From positions 8,033 through 72,032 of the forward strand of contig NZ_JAHRWW010000017.1 in the NCBI RefSeq assembly GCF_019104945.1: 64,000 nt of DNA, written 5' to 3'. Below are positions 50,000-60,444 of this stretch, piece after piece; position 1 is the first letter of the stretch; every line of letters starts with the position of its first letter. The DNA is from Thermomonas sp. (GTDB taxonomy: Bacteria; Pseudomonadota; Gammaproteobacteria; Xanthomonadales; Xanthomonadaceae). The translations under genes were made by a program, and so were the position numbers. The notes under the pieces were generated by a model. It searched no databases, was not told where the DNA came from, and saw only the letters and a program-made list of their open reading frames with translations.

Positions 50000-51922
50000 T
50001 CAGCTGCTTTTACGCACTCGTAAATACCATTCACACAGTAGCCGCACCTGCTTGGATGTATAGCCTTTGGCGACCATGCGCGTGACAAAATCTTCGTGCT
50101 TGCGCGCGTCTTCTGCGCTGGCTTTGGCGTTGAAGCTAATCACCGGGAGCAGTTCTTCGGTATTGGAGAACATCTTCTTCTCAACGATCGCGCGCATTTT
50201 TTCGTAGCTCGTCCATGCCGGGTTCTTGCCTTGGTTGTTGGCGCGTGCGCGCAGTACGAAGTTGACGATCTCATTGCGGAAGTCTTTCGGGTTGGCAATG
50301 CCCGCGGGCTTTTCAATTTTCTCTAGCTCGGCATTGAGCGCGCTACGATCAAACACTTCGCCGGTATCGGTGTCGCGGTACTCGCTGTCTTGAATCCAGT
50401 AGTCGGCGTAGGTGACATAGCGGTCAAAAATATTTTGCCCGTATTCGCTATAGCTCTCTAAATAAGCCGTTTGAATTTCTTTGCCAATGAATTCTGCGTA
50501 GCGCGGTGAAAGGTATTCTTTGATGTAGCCTGTGTACTTGGTTTCAAGTTCAGCAGGGAACTGCTCACGCTGAATTTGCTGCTCTAAAACGTACATCAAA
50601 TGCACGGGGTTAGCCGCTACTTCAGTGCTGTCGTAGTTAAACACTTTGGAGAGAATTTTGAAGGCAAAGCGCGTTGAAACGCCGCTCATGCCTTCATCCA
50701 CGCCTGCGTAGTCGCGATATTCCTGATAGCTCTTGGCGCGCGGGTCGGTGTCTTTGAGGGTCTTGCCGTCGTAAACCTCCATCTTGCTGAAGATGCTGGA
50801 GTTCTCTGGGTCTTTCAGGCGGGTAAGCACGGAGAAGCGGGCCATCATCTTCAGTGTGCCGGGGGCGCAGATCGTTTGTGAAAGTGACGACTCACGGATG
50901 AGTTTTTCGTAAATTTTGACCTCTTCAGATACGCGCAGGCAGTACGGTACTTTGACGATGTAGATACGGTCGAGGAAGGCTTCGTTATTACGGTTATTGC
51001 GAAATGCCGTCCACTCGCTTTCGTTGCTATGTGCCAGCACGATGCCATCAAACGGAATGGCGCCGAAGCCTTCGGTGCCTTTGTAATTGCCTTCCTGAGT
51101 GGCAGTAAGAAGTGGGTGCAGCACCTTGATGGGCGCTTTGAACATTTCCACAAATTCAAGCAGACCTTGGTTGGCTAGGCACAAACCACCCGAGTAGCTA
51201 TAAGCATCGCTATCGTCTTGCGAGTAGTTTTCCAGTTTTCGAATATCTACCTTGCCAACGAGGCTGGAGATGTCTTGGTTGTTCTCATCACCCGGTTCGG
51301 TTTTGGCAATCGCAATTTGCTGCAGAATGCTGGGGTAGCGTTTCACCACGCGGAACTTGCGGATATCACCACCGAACTCTTGTAGCCGCTTCACCGCCCA
51401 AGGCGATAGCACGCGCTGCAGATAGCGGCGCGGAATGCCGAACTGTTCTTCCAGTGCGGGGCCGTCTTCGGTAGGGTCGAATAACCCCAGTGGCGACTCA
51501 TTCACTGGCGAGTCTTTCAGCGCATAGAACGGCACCTTCTGCATCAGATATTTCAGCCGATCGGCAATCGAACTCTTGCCTCCGCCTACCGGCCCCAGCA
51601 AATACAGCACCTGCTTGCGCTCTTCCAGCCCCTGCGCCGCGTGGCGGAAATAGCTCACCACTTGTTCGATGGCATCTTCCATGCCGTAAAACTCAGAAAA
51701 CGCGGGATAGCGACGAATCACCTTATTGGCAAATAGCCGCGAAAGCTGCGGGTCGTCGCGGGTATCCACCATCTCGGGTTCGCCAATGGCGTGCAGCATG
51801 CGTTCGGATGCTATGGCGTAGGCGGTGGGGTCGGTTTTGCACAGGGCGAGGTAGTCGTCGATCGACATTTCTTCCTCGCGGCCTTGAGAATAGCGTGCGG
51901 CGAGGCGACTGATGACATCCAT
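50000..51922 (-). CDS. PrkA/YeaG-family protein (annotated serine protein kinase; AAA+-like N-domain)
   Basis: 640 aa. LYLLGPVGGGKSSIADRLK (Walker A) and the conserved PrkA C-terminal domain. First gene of the three-gene unit. Confidence 0.93.
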   Translation of the reverse strand: MDVISRLAARYSQGREEEMSIDDYLALCKTDPTAYAIASERMLHAIGEPEMVDTRDDPQLSRLFANKVIRRYPAFSEFYGMEDAIEQVVSYFRHAAQGLEERKQVLYLLGPVGGGKSSIADRLKYLMQKVPFYALKDSPVNESPLGLFDPTEDGPALEEQFGIPRRYLQRVLSPWAVKRLQEFGGDIRKFRVVKRYPSILQQIAIAKTEPGDENNQDISSLVGKVDIRKLENYSQDDSDAYSYSGGLCLANQGLLEFVEMFKAPIKVLHPLLTATQEGNYKGTEGFGAIPFDGIVLAHSNESEWTAFRNNRNNEAFLDRIYIVKVPYCLRVSEEVKIYEKLIRESSLSQTICAPGTLKMMARFSVLTRLKDPENSSIFSKMEVYDGKTLKDTDPRAKSYQEYRDYAGVDEGMSGVSTRFAFKILSKVFNYDSTEVAANPVHLMYVLEQQIQREQFPAELETKYTGYIKEYLSPRYAEFIGKEIQTAYLESYSEYGQNIFDRYVTYADYWIQDSEYRDTDTGEVFDRSALNAELEKIEKPAGIANPKDFRNEIVNFVLRARANNQGKNPAWTSYEKMRAIVEKKMFSNTEELLPVISFNAKASAEDARKHEDFVTRMVAKGYTSKQVRLLCEWYLRVRKSS

Positions 51923-52123
51923 AATTCCTCCGATGATGGTGAGCCAACGGGGCGGGATGGAACATGCAGCGTGCGATTGCGTTGCGCTTTTACTCTAGCC
52001 GGTTGTGGTTTTCAGAGTGTGAACGGCGCGCTAGCAGAGGGCATATCCAAATGGCATATGGGTGCAACGATGGTTTCCACCCACGGCCTGCTGCATTAGG
52101 CCTTAGCCAATTAAACTAGAGCG

Positions 52124-53371
52124 ATGTCTGCACATCCTTCTATTTCTTTCCGCCGCCTTGCGTTTTTATTGGGCGGCTTGGCCATGTTTGGCCCGTTTTC
52201 TATCGATACCATCTTCCCCGCGTTTCCAGCGATTGGTGCGCAGATGGGGGCCGATAAGGTAGCGATGCAGCAGACCATCAGCGTCTATCTTCTGGCCTAT
52301 GCGGGTATGAGTCTGTTCCATGGGCCGCTGTCGGACGCGCTGGGGCGGCGTAAAGTTATTTTGACCGGGTTGTCGGTGTTTACACTGGCCTCAATCGGCT
52401 GTGCGCTTTCTACTTCGCTCACCCAGTTGCTGCTGTTTCGCGCATTGCAGGGTATCAGTGCTGGCGTTGGGCTGATCGTGGGGCGTGCGGTGATCCGCGA
52501 TGTGCTGCACGGTGACGATGCGCAGCGCTTGATGGGCCAAGTGTCGATGATTTTTGGTGTAGCGCCTGCGGTTGCACCGATTTTGGGCGGTTGGTTGCTG
52601 GGCTGGACGCATTGGCCCGCGATTTTCTGGTTTCTCGCGCTGTTTGCCGTGGTGCTGATTGTTACGGTGTGGCGCGCGTTGCCGGAAACCCATCCTCCCG
52701 CGGTACGGCTTGCCTTGCAGCCAGCCAGCTTGGCGCGCAACTACTTTGGAATTTTAGGCAATGCGCGCTTTTTGCGCCTGTCGGCTGCGGCCGCGCTGAA
52801 TTTTGGTGCGCTGTTTTTGTACATTTCTTCGGCACCCGCGTTTATTTTGGATCGGCTGCAGCTGGGCGAACAGCAGTTTGGCTGGTTCTTCGTCCCCATG
52901 ATTAGCGGCATGATGCTGGGGGCGTATGTGTCTGGGAAGGCCGCCGGAAAAATAAGCGGAGCACGCCTTGCCAATATCGGGTTTGCCTGCTGTGGTGCGG
53001 CGGTGGCGCTGAACATCGGCTACAACCTATGGGTGGATGTGCCCAGCGTGCCGTGGGCAGTATTGCCGATGAGCCTCAATGCGTTTGGGATTGCGCTGGC
53101 GTTTCCCATCATCACACTGGCGATTTTGGATATGTATCCGCACCAGCGCGGCGGCGCGTCTTCGATGCAGGCATTTATCGGCCTGTTGGCCAATGCGGTG
53201 ATCGCAGGTGTGCTGTCGCCACTGCTCAGCGATACGGTGATGCACCTTGCACTGGGTGCGGCGCTATTTGCGCTAGCAGGCTGGGGTTTTTGGTGGTGGG
53301 AATCGCACGCGTCAAAGCGCGCTATTCGCGTGCCGAAAGAACCCGCCGCATTGGAGCCTACTGAGGTCTAG
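52124..53371 (+). CDS. MFS drug-efflux transporter, Bcr/CflA subfamily
   Basis: 415 aa, 12 predicted transmembrane segments. FGPFSIDTIFPAFPAIG..GPLSDALGRRKVIL (MFS motif A). Confidence 0.85.
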   Translation: MSAHPSISFRRLAFLLGGLAMFGPFSIDTIFPAFPAIGAQMGADKVAMQQTISVYLLAYAGMSLFHGPLSDALGRRKVILTGLSVFTLASIGCALSTSLTQLLLFRALQGISAGVGLIVGRAVIRDVLHGDDAQRLMGQVSMIFGVAPAVAPILGGWLLGWTHWPAIFWFLALFAVVLIVTVWRALPETHPPAVRLALQPASLARNYFGILGNARFLRLSAAAALNFGALFLYISSAPAFILDRLQLGEQQFGWFFVPMISGMMLGAYVSGKAAGKISGARLANIGFACCGAAVALNIGYNLWVDVPSVPWAVLPMSLNAFGIALAFPIITLAILDMYPHQRGGASSMQAFIGLLANAVIAGVLSPLLSDTVMHLALGAALFALAGWGFWWWESHASKRAIRVPKEPAALEPTEV

Positions 53372-54671
53372 TGCGGCGCATCCACGCATAGATGGGTAGC
53401 CCCGCCAGAAGTAAAACGCCGCCCCATAGCAGGGCCTCGTGGCCGGTGCCGATCAAGGCATAGCCGCTGTAGAGCAGGGCGAAGAAGGCGGCCACGCGGC
53501 TTAGGCCACGGCCGCGCAGCAGCCACGCGGCGCTGCCTGCAAAGTACGGCAGTAGGGTGGCGGCAGCGGACAGCAACACAGAAAAGGTAAACAGCGACAC
53601 CAGCGAGCGGCTGAAGTTGGACAGTACCAGCACGGTGGTCAGCAGGCTGCTGATGAGGATGCCAAATACCGGCGTGCCACCACGGTTACGCTTGGCGAAT
53701 GCGGCGGGCATTAGCCGGTCGCTAGCGGCGGCGTAGGGGATCTGTGCGGAGATCAGCACCCAGCCATTGAGTGCACCAAGGCAGGAGATCGTGGCGGCGA
53801 TCGCAACCCCCAGCCCTGCGGCGTTGCCCCACAGCAGACGCGCCGCGTCGATCATCGGTGCGCTGGAGGTTTTGAGTTGCTCCATCGGAACAACGCCCAG
53901 CACAGCAGTAACAGCTACCACGGTAGCAATGCCTGCCAGCAGCGTGCCCAGCACGGTGGCGCGCGGAATGGTGCGCTCTGCGTCGTGGATCGCGCCAGCA
54001 GGCACGGTGGCGGCCTCCAGCCCAATCAGTGCCCACAGCGCTAGCGCCACGCTGGCATTGATGGCCGACGGTAGCGATTCGCCGCTAGGGTTGAAGGGGG
54101 TAAAGTGCTTGGCATCGAAATACCAAATCGCGATCCCCGCAAACAGTACCAACGGTACGAATTTCAATACCGTCAGTAATAGTTGTAGGCGCCCGGCTTC
54201 GCGCATGCCAATTAGGTTGATGCCTGCACACACCCAAAGTGCAGCTAGGGCGCAGGTTCCCGCGCGTAATGGCGTGGCGGTGAGTTCTGGGAAAATGGCG
54301 CCGAGACTACCAGCAAAGGCCACGGCAATAGCGGCGTTGGCGCACCAGGTTGAGATCCAATAGCTCCACGCCACTAAAAAGCCCGGCAGTTCGCCAAAGG
54401 CTTTGTGTGCGAAGACATACGGGCCGCCGGTGTGCGGCCAGCGCATGGCGAGCTTGGCGAATACCAGCGAGAGCGCGAGTGCACCGCCTAGGGTGATGGC
54501 CCAACCAATAAGGCTCACGCCACCGTAAGGGGCCAGTGCAGAGGGAAGCAGAAATACGCCGCTGCCGATCATGCTGCCCACCACCAGTGCGGTGGCCGAC
54601 CACAGACCGAGTGGTTTTTCTGTGGATGTGCTCGAAGATGAGGCGGCTGGCGATAACGGCGAAGTATTCAT
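53358..54671 (-). CDS. APC-superfamily amino acid permease
   Basis: 437-aa polytopic protein. SATALVVGSMIGSGVFLLPS near the N-terminus is typical of APC permeases. 14-bp convergent overlap with the MFS gene. Confidence 0.85.
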   Translation of the reverse strand: MNTSPLSPAASSSSTSTEKPLGLWSATALVVGSMIGSGVFLLPSALAPYGGVSLIGWAITLGGALALSLVFAKLAMRWPHTGGPYVFAHKAFGELPGFLVAWSYWISTWCANAAIAVAFAGSLGAIFPELTATPLRAGTCALAALWVCAGINLIGMREAGRLQLLLTVLKFVPLVLFAGIAIWYFDAKHFTPFNPSGESLPSAINASVALALWALIGLEAATVPAGAIHDAERTIPRATVLGTLLAGIATVVAVTAVLGVVPMEQLKTSSAPMIDAARLLWGNAAGLGVAIAATISCLGALNGWVLISAQIPYAAASDRLMPAAFAKRNRGGTPVFGILISSLLTTVLVLSNFSRSLVSLFTFSVLLSAAATLLPYFAGSAAWLLRGRGLSRVAAFFALLYSGYALIGTGHEALLWGGVLLLAGLPIYAWMRRTRPQ

Positions 54672-54743
54672 TGCCCGTGCATTTTGAACGAAAAAGGAAG
54701 GCCGACTTGCGCCGGCCTTCGCGTGAACCTAGTTGCGTTCAGG

Positions 54744-56705
54744 TTATTGATTGGTGGCCGCCGCCGACCAACCGCAGGTTTGTCCTGCATTTTGCTGTTT
54801 CAGCCAGTCTTGCAGCGGCGCGAAGTATTCCAGCAGGGCGGTAGCATCCATATGTTCGGTGCCGGTGAGTTCCTTCAGCGTCTTAGGCCAAGGCTGGCTG
54901 GCGCCCTTGGAAAGCATGGCCCAGTATTTTTCACCGGCCTGCTTATTGCCGTAGAAGCTGCATTCGTACAACGGCCCGGTGTAGCCGGACGCATCGCATA
55001 GCGCTTTATAGAACTGGAATTGCAGGATGTTGGCGAAGAAGTAGCGGGTGTACGGCGTGTTGGCGGGGACATGGTATTTCGCGCCCGGGTCGAAGAACTC
55101 TTCACCGCGTGGGGTGGCCGGTGCCACGCCTTGGTACTGCGCCTTCAGCGCCCACCAAGCTTTGTTGTAGCTATCAGGCTTGATCGAGCCGTCGAACACG
55201 CCCCAGCGCCAGCGGTCGATCATTAGGCCAAACGGAAGGAAGGCCACTTTGGTGAGCGCCATGCGCATTTGTGCGTTGAGTAGCGCTTCTTTACTTTGCG
55301 CGGGTGCGTCCACGAGGCCCACCGAGGCCATGTAGTTGGGCGTCATCGCCAGCACGATGGTGTCGCCAATGGCTTCATGGAAGCCGTCGTGTGCGCCATT
55401 TTGGAAAATGGGTGGCTGCTTGTTATAAGCCAAGTCGTAATAAAGGTGGCCCAGCTCGTGATAGATCGTGGTGAGCTCTTCTTCGGTGGGCGTAATGCAC
55501 ATCTTGGTGCGCACATCGCCTGCCATATTCATGTCCCATGCACTGGCGTGGCACATCACCTCGCGGTCTAGCGGTTTGATGATTTGCGATTTTTCCCAAT
55601 AGCTTTCCGGCAGTTTTGGCATGCCCAGTGAGACGTAGAAGTCTTGCGCGCGCTCGGTCATGGCTTTGGCCGTGGCGAGCTCGGCCGCGCGCTGGGCCAT
55701 AAATGCGCGTTCGGCGGCGCTGCCTTTGCCGCTGGATGGCTTGCCCAATTCACGTGCTAAGTCTGCTGCGGCCATGCGCTGCAGCGCAGCGTTGACGTTC
55801 AGCGCGCCTGCATTTTTATACGGCGCGAGCAGGTCCCATAAATTGCTCCAGTCTTGCTGCCAGAGGTTGCCCATCAAATGCGCGGGAAGCATGCCGCCTG
55901 CCACTTCACCCTTGTCTTTGCCGTAGGTGGCATCAAGCTGGGTGCGCGCATAACAGTGCAGCTGTTCGTACAACGGTTTGACTTGGCTCCATAAGCGGTC
56001 GCTCTCTTTGGCCATGTCTGCCGGTGGCATGTCGTAACCAGAGCGCCACATTTCACCTGCGTCGGCAAAGCCCATTTCTTTGGCGCCGGTGTTCACCAGT
56101 TCGGCAAAGCGGGTGTAATCCTTGCGCATCGGCGTGCTGATGCTGTGCCAACCCTGCCATGCGTCGAGCTGTTCATCGTAATTGCGGCTCTTGGCCAGTA
56201 CGTCGCTAAGCTGGCCGATATTGCTGCAATGCTTGTTCGCACCCTCGCCGACGCAATAGCTGCCAGCGCCGTACATGCCCTCCATGCGGGTGGCAATTTG
56301 GGTGAGTTCTTCCAACTGCTTGGGGTCTTTCGGCGCGGGCATCGCCGTCCAGAGCTTGAGCAGATGCAGCGCGCGCGCGGTATCGGGCGACATCGGCTTG
56401 CCTTCAAACTGTTTGGCTTGCTCGATCCATACGTTGAGCTGGGTTAGCCAGCGCTCATTGGCTTTCGAGGCGATGAGTTCGCTATCGCTATTGATATAAG
56501 TATTGGAAAGCCATTGCGCCGAATTGAGTTCGGTGCTGAGTTTGCGCACTTCTTCATTGACGCGCGCGACAAATTGCTCCGCGGTTTCGTTGCCCTGCGC
56601 CTGCGGTGCGGTCGTGGCAGCAGGCGCAGGGGTGTCGCGTTTACAGGCGGAAAGGCTAAGCGTGCCGATGACGGCGAGAGCAAGCAAGGCGGGGCGCAGC
56701 TTCAC
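54744..56705 (-). CDS. M2-family peptidyl-dipeptidase (angiotensin-converting-enzyme-like) lipoprotein
   Basis: 653 aa. Lipobox LSLSAC. Zinc site HELGHLYYD plus HEAIGDTI, the gluzincin arrangement of the ACE family. Confidence 0.88.
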   Translation of the reverse strand: MKLRPALLALAVIGTLSLSACKRDTPAPAATTAPQAQGNETAEQFVARVNEEVRKLSTELNSAQWLSNTYINSDSELIASKANERWLTQLNVWIEQAKQFEGKPMSPDTARALHLLKLWTAMPAPKDPKQLEELTQIATRMEGMYGAGSYCVGEGANKHCSNIGQLSDVLAKSRNYDEQLDAWQGWHSISTPMRKDYTRFAELVNTGAKEMGFADAGEMWRSGYDMPPADMAKESDRLWSQVKPLYEQLHCYARTQLDATYGKDKGEVAGGMLPAHLMGNLWQQDWSNLWDLLAPYKNAGALNVNAALQRMAAADLARELGKPSSGKGSAAERAFMAQRAAELATAKAMTERAQDFYVSLGMPKLPESYWEKSQIIKPLDREVMCHASAWDMNMAGDVRTKMCITPTEEELTTIYHELGHLYYDLAYNKQPPIFQNGAHDGFHEAIGDTIVLAMTPNYMASVGLVDAPAQSKEALLNAQMRMALTKVAFLPFGLMIDRWRWGVFDGSIKPDSYNKAWWALKAQYQGVAPATPRGEEFFDPGAKYHVPANTPYTRYFFANILQFQFYKALCDASGYTGPLYECSFYGNKQAGEKYWAMLSKGASQPWPKTLKELTGTEHMDATALLEYFAPLQDWLKQQNAGQTCGWSAAATNQ

Positions 56706-56807
56706 GGCAGGATCCTTATCGACACGAAAGCTGCAAGGCTAGCAGAAAATGACATTGCATCTTGGGCATGGATTGGCCGCGCTGCGTGGGTGTGCTCCAA
56801 TAGAGCG

Positions 56808-57548
56808 ATGCGTTTTGTTGCCGAACCCGCTTTTGTTTTGCACGCCCGGCCGTGGCGTGAAACCAGCCTATTGGTGGAAGTATTGAGTGCGGAATTTGGC
56901 CGTGTCGGGCTTGTGGCGCGCGGGGTACAAGGGGTCAAAAAGCACGTGCTGCGCGCGGCGCTGCAGCCGTTGCAATCTATTCGTTTCGATGCGGTACAAA
57001 AGGGTGAGCTGGCGCAGTTGCAGGGGGCCGAGGCCATCGACGCAGCACCGCTTCTGCAGGGTGATGCAGCGCTGGCGAGCTTTTATATCAACGAACTATG
57101 CCTGCGTTTGGCGCCTCGCCAAGTGCCGCAGCCGGAGTTATACGCGGCCTATGCGCAGGTGCGTGAGCGTCTGCGCACGGGAGCGCTATTGGCGTGGACG
57201 CTGCGCCGCTTTGAGCGCGACCTGCTCGACGCATTGGGCGTGGGGCTGGAGTTTGCGCAAGAGGGGGAAGGTGATGCCATTGACCCAGCCGCGCGCTACC
57301 GGCTAGACCCAGAATACGGGCCGCGCCGGTTGCTGAGCACGCGCGATGGGGATTATCGAAGTGCGGCAACCGGCCGTGCGTTGTTGGCGCTGGCCGACGA
57401 TGTACTGCCGCAAAGTGATGACCTTTCCAGCCTGCGCCTACCGATGCGACATGTACTGTTACATCACCTCGGTGGGCGCGGGCTGAAGTCGTGGGAGATG
57501 CTCGGTGAGCTGGGGCGGCTTACGGCCGCGCCCGCACCGGAAACGTGA
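56808..57548 (+). CDS. recO: DNA repair protein RecO
   Basis: Listed ORF is 56514..57548. Start moved to ATG 56808, giving [39 protein letters not shown]. 246 aa. Confidence 0.9.
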   Translation: MRFVAEPAFVLHARPWRETSLLVEVLSAEFGRVGLVARGVQGVKKHVLRAALQPLQSIRFDAVQKGELAQLQGAEAIDAAPLLQGDAALASFYINELCLRLAPRQVPQPELYAAYAQVRERLRTGALLAWTLRRFERDLLDALGVGLEFAQEGEGDAIDPAARYRLDPEYGPRRLLSTRDGDYRSAATGRALLALADDVLPQSDDLSSLRLPMRHVLLHHLGGRGLKSWEMLGELGRLTAAPAPET

Positions 57549-58437
57549 CGTTGCATAGGTCGATATGGCCCGGCGGTTCGGTATAAAAATCGTCTTTGCG
57601 ATTGCGGCGGGCTTCGGTGGCGTCGATAAACGCCTGGCTATCGGTGCGGAGCAGTTGTAGCGGCGTGCGCTGGGCTTCTGGGACGTCGCTGGCGAGTTTG
57701 ATCGAGACAATGGGCGTGCGCAGTGACGGGTCTGTGTAGAAGCCCATCGGAGCGGGGCCGCGCGGGATCACACTGAGCAGTTCCATACCCTGCACCACGC
57801 GGCCAACCACGGTGAGCTGGTGATCGAGTGCGCGTGGCGACTGACCGGTGACAACATAGAGTTCGGCGCCAATACTGCTATCTGGCGCATTATTGCGGCC
57901 TGCACCAAGCGTGCCGTAGCAGTGCGCCATCCATAGTTTGCCGGTTTTAGGGTTGCGCCCCACCGGGAAACCATCGACAAAACCCACCTGCGGGGCCCAG
58001 CCGTCCACGTCGGGCAGACGGTCAAACTTCACCCCTTTGTCGCTACGGGTGAACTCAGCCGGAAGATGGGTTTGCGTGCCTGCCGGATAGGGTTTGGCTT
58101 TGCCTGCCTCTTCGCCATCGGGGTCGCCAAATTGCACCACGAAATTGTCTTGCGAACGGTAGATATTCAGGCCGTCCCAGAAACCGCCTTTGGCCATCGT
58201 GAGAATATTGGCGACGTGTTTCGGCGCGAAATTGGGCGCAAGTTCAATAATCACACGGCCGCTTGCCAGCTCCATGTACAGCGTATTGGCAGGATCGAGG
58301 TCACGCCACGCACTGCTGGGCGCGGCATTGATGATCTCTTGTGCTGTTTTGGGCTTGGGTGGTTGCTGCGCTTCTTGCGCGTGAGCCGCCATCAGCAGCG
58401 ATGTGGAGAGGGCGGCAGCAAGTAGAGCAATACGCAT
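57520..58437 (-). CDS. Periplasmic cyclophilin-like peptidyl-prolyl isomerase (divergent, long form)
   Basis: 305 aa with signal peptide [22 protein letters not shown]. Cyclophilin-like blocks [19 protein letters not shown] and [37 protein letters not shown]. Confidence 0.75.
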   Translation of the reverse strand: MRIALLAAALSTSLLMAAHAQEAQQPPKPKTAQEIINAAPSSAWRDLDPANTLYMELASGRVIIELAPNFAPKHVANILTMAKGGFWDGLNIYRSQDNFVVQFGDPDGEEAGKAKPYPAGTQTHLPAEFTRSDKGVKFDRLPDVDGWAPQVGFVDGFPVGRNPKTGKLWMAHCYGTLGAGRNNAPDSSIGAELYVVTGQSPRALDHQLTVVGRVVQGMELLSVIPRGPAPMGFYTDPSLRTPIVSIKLASDVPEAQRTPLQLLRTDSQAFIDATEARRNRKDDFYTEPPGHIDLCNVTFPVRARP

Positions 58438-58473
58438 GGGCAGCAGTCCGTTGGGAGAGCCGCCAGCATAGCG

Positions 58474-59727
58474 TTACTTGTGGGAATGGTCAGCAATGAA
58501 GCTGCGCACCTTTGGGTACACCTCGGTGCGCCAGCGGCGACCACTGAAGATACCGTAATGCCCGGCGCCCTTGGCGGTGAGGTGCTTGCGGTGCTTCGCC
58601 GGAATGCCGGTACATAGATCGTGCGCGGCGCGGGTCTGCCCTTGGCCTGCAATATCATCCAGCTCACCTTCGATGGTCATGAGCGCGCAGTCGCTGATTT
58701 TTGACGGATCGACGCGCTCACCGGCCACATCCCACAGCCCGCGTGGGAGTAGATGTTCTTGAAACACGATGCGGATCGTATCGAGATAAAACTCGGCGGG
58801 CATGTCCAGTACCGCGTTGTATTCATCGTAAAACTTGCGATGCGATGCGGCTGAACTCATGTCACCTTTGACTAGGTCTTGATAGAAGTCCCAGTGCGAC
58901 ATGCTGTGCCGCTCTGGGTTCATCGCCACAAAGCCCATGTGCTGCAAGAAGCCCGGATACACGCTGCGCCCCGCGCCTGGATAGTTGGCGGGAACGGTGT
59001 GGATGACGTTGTTTTCAAACCACCACAATGGCTGACGGGTGGCGAGGTTATTGACCGCAGTTGGCGATTGCCGTGTGTCGATGGGGCCGCCCATCATCAC
59101 CATCGAGCGCGGCACCGACTCGCCGCGTGCGGCCATCAGTGATATGGCCGCCAGTACCGGTACGGTGGGTTGGCAGACGCTGATGATGTGCAGATTATCG
59201 GTGCCGATATGGCGGATGAATTCCTGCACATAGGCGATGTAATCGTCGAGGTGGAACGGGCCGCTGCTGGCGGAAACCATGCGCGCGTCGGTCCAGTCGG
59301 TGATATAGACCTTGTGATCCACCAGCAGCGTGCGCACAGTGTCGCGCAGCAGGGTAGCGTGGTGGCCAGAGAGTGGCGCAACAACCAGTACGACGGGGTC
59401 ATCCTTCATGCGCGCCAAGCCATCGGCTTGGTCGTGATAGCGCTTGAAGCGCACCAGCCGCGCAAATGGTTTTTCTAAAACCACGCGTTCAACCACAGGA
59501 ATGGACAGGCCTTCCACGTCGATTTGGTGAATCTCGAACGCGGGTTTCTCGTATTCCTTGCCCAAACGGTAAAACAGCTCGTAGCCTGCGGCGGTGCGCT
59601 GTGCGCCGGGTAGCGTGGACAGCCAGCTATCGTGCGAGGAAAACATTTTCGCGCCAGCGTCGGCCCAATAGGTAAACGGGGCAAGGCCTGCGCGCCAGAA
59701 TTCGTGCAGTTGGTACAGCAGCATCAA
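58474..59727 (-). CDS. phaZ: Intracellular polyhydroxyalkanoate depolymerase (PhaZ type)
   Basis: 417 aa. N-terminus MLLYQLHEFWRAGLAPF and overall layout typical of intracellular PHB depolymerases. ISVCQP lipase-box-like region. Confidence 0.8.
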   Translation of the reverse strand: MMLLYQLHEFWRAGLAPFTYWADAGAKMFSSHDSWLSTLPGAQRTAAGYELFYRLGKEYEKPAFEIHQIDVEGLSIPVVERVVLEKPFARLVRFKRYHDQADGLARMKDDPVVLVVAPLSGHHATLLRDTVRTLLVDHKVYITDWTDARMVSASSGPFHLDDYIAYVQEFIRHIGTDNLHIISVCQPTVPVLAAISLMAARGESVPRSMVMMGGPIDTRQSPTAVNNLATRQPLWWFENNVIHTVPANYPGAGRSVYPGFLQHMGFVAMNPERHSMSHWDFYQDLVKGDMSSAASHRKFYDEYNAVLDMPAEFYLDTIRIVFQEHLLPRGLWDVAGERVDPSKISDCALMTIEGELDDIAGQGQTRAAHDLCTGIPAKHRKHLTAKGAGHYGIFSGRRWRTEVYPKVRSFIADHSHK

Positions 59728-59807
59728 TGGGTGACCTAGGAGTTACTGCATTGCAGCATAACGCATTGGTGCGATGAAACCGTGACAAAACGCCCGATTT
59801 ACAGCAT

Positions 59808-60404
59808 TCAACCCGGTAGCTCCATGGCGGCGGCGTGCGGCACAAGCTGGGGCGAGAGCCAGCAGTGCGAGCCTAAGGCGCGCAATCCGGTGGCGTGCAG
59901 GCGCTTGCGATAAAAATCGGCGTGGCGCTGTTTGAAATCCGCTTGATCGCCCTCAGCACCGTCGCCACGGGTGAACATTTCGATAAATGCAACACCGCCG
60001 CAAAGCTCGGCGAGTGCAGGCAGGCCACGGTCGAGTTCGCGCGTTTCAAGATAGTGCAGCACATCGCTACAGATCAGAAGATCCACAGGCGCGCAGGGGC
60101 GCAGGTGCTGGAAATCAGCGAAGTGGGCAAAGTGCAGATTGCGCGTGTGGCCATAACGGGTGATGGCGTAGTCGCTGCTGTCAAAACCGAGATAGCTGAT
60201 GTTCGGGCGCAGTTTAAGCAGTGGCGCGCGCCACGCGCCCTCACCGCAGCCGATGTCCAGCACCGTGCGGATGGGGCGCTCCAAATGGTATTCTGTAGTG
60301 GCAACGGCCAGCGCTACCTTGCGCGCCAGCCGCGCAGCGTGGCCAATTCCGCCGCGCCGATACCAACGATCAAAATATTGACGGTCGTAAATTTTATTCA
60401 TCAT
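59808..60404 (-). CDS. Class I SAM-dependent methyltransferase
   Basis: 198 aa. SAM-binding motif VLDIGCGEGAW. Substrate unknown. Confidence 0.7.
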   Translation of the reverse strand: MMNKIYDRQYFDRWYRRGGIGHAARLARKVALAVATTEYHLERPIRTVLDIGCGEGAWRAPLLKLRPNISYLGFDSSDYAITRYGHTRNLHFAHFADFQHLRPCAPVDLLICSDVLHYLETRELDRGLPALAELCGGVAFIEMFTRGDGAEGDQADFKQRHADFYRKRLHATGLRALGSHCWLSPQLVPHAAAMELPG

Positions 60405-60444
60405 GGCATCCTAGAGGCCCGTCGATCTATTTGCGAATTTCGCT

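Noticed and set aside
52052-52066. Sigma54-like element TGGCATATGGGTGCA upstream of the MFS gene.
   Set aside because: The GG-to-GC spacing is 9 nt instead of the required 10 nt, and no enhancer-binding-protein gene is adjacent. Probably fortuitous.
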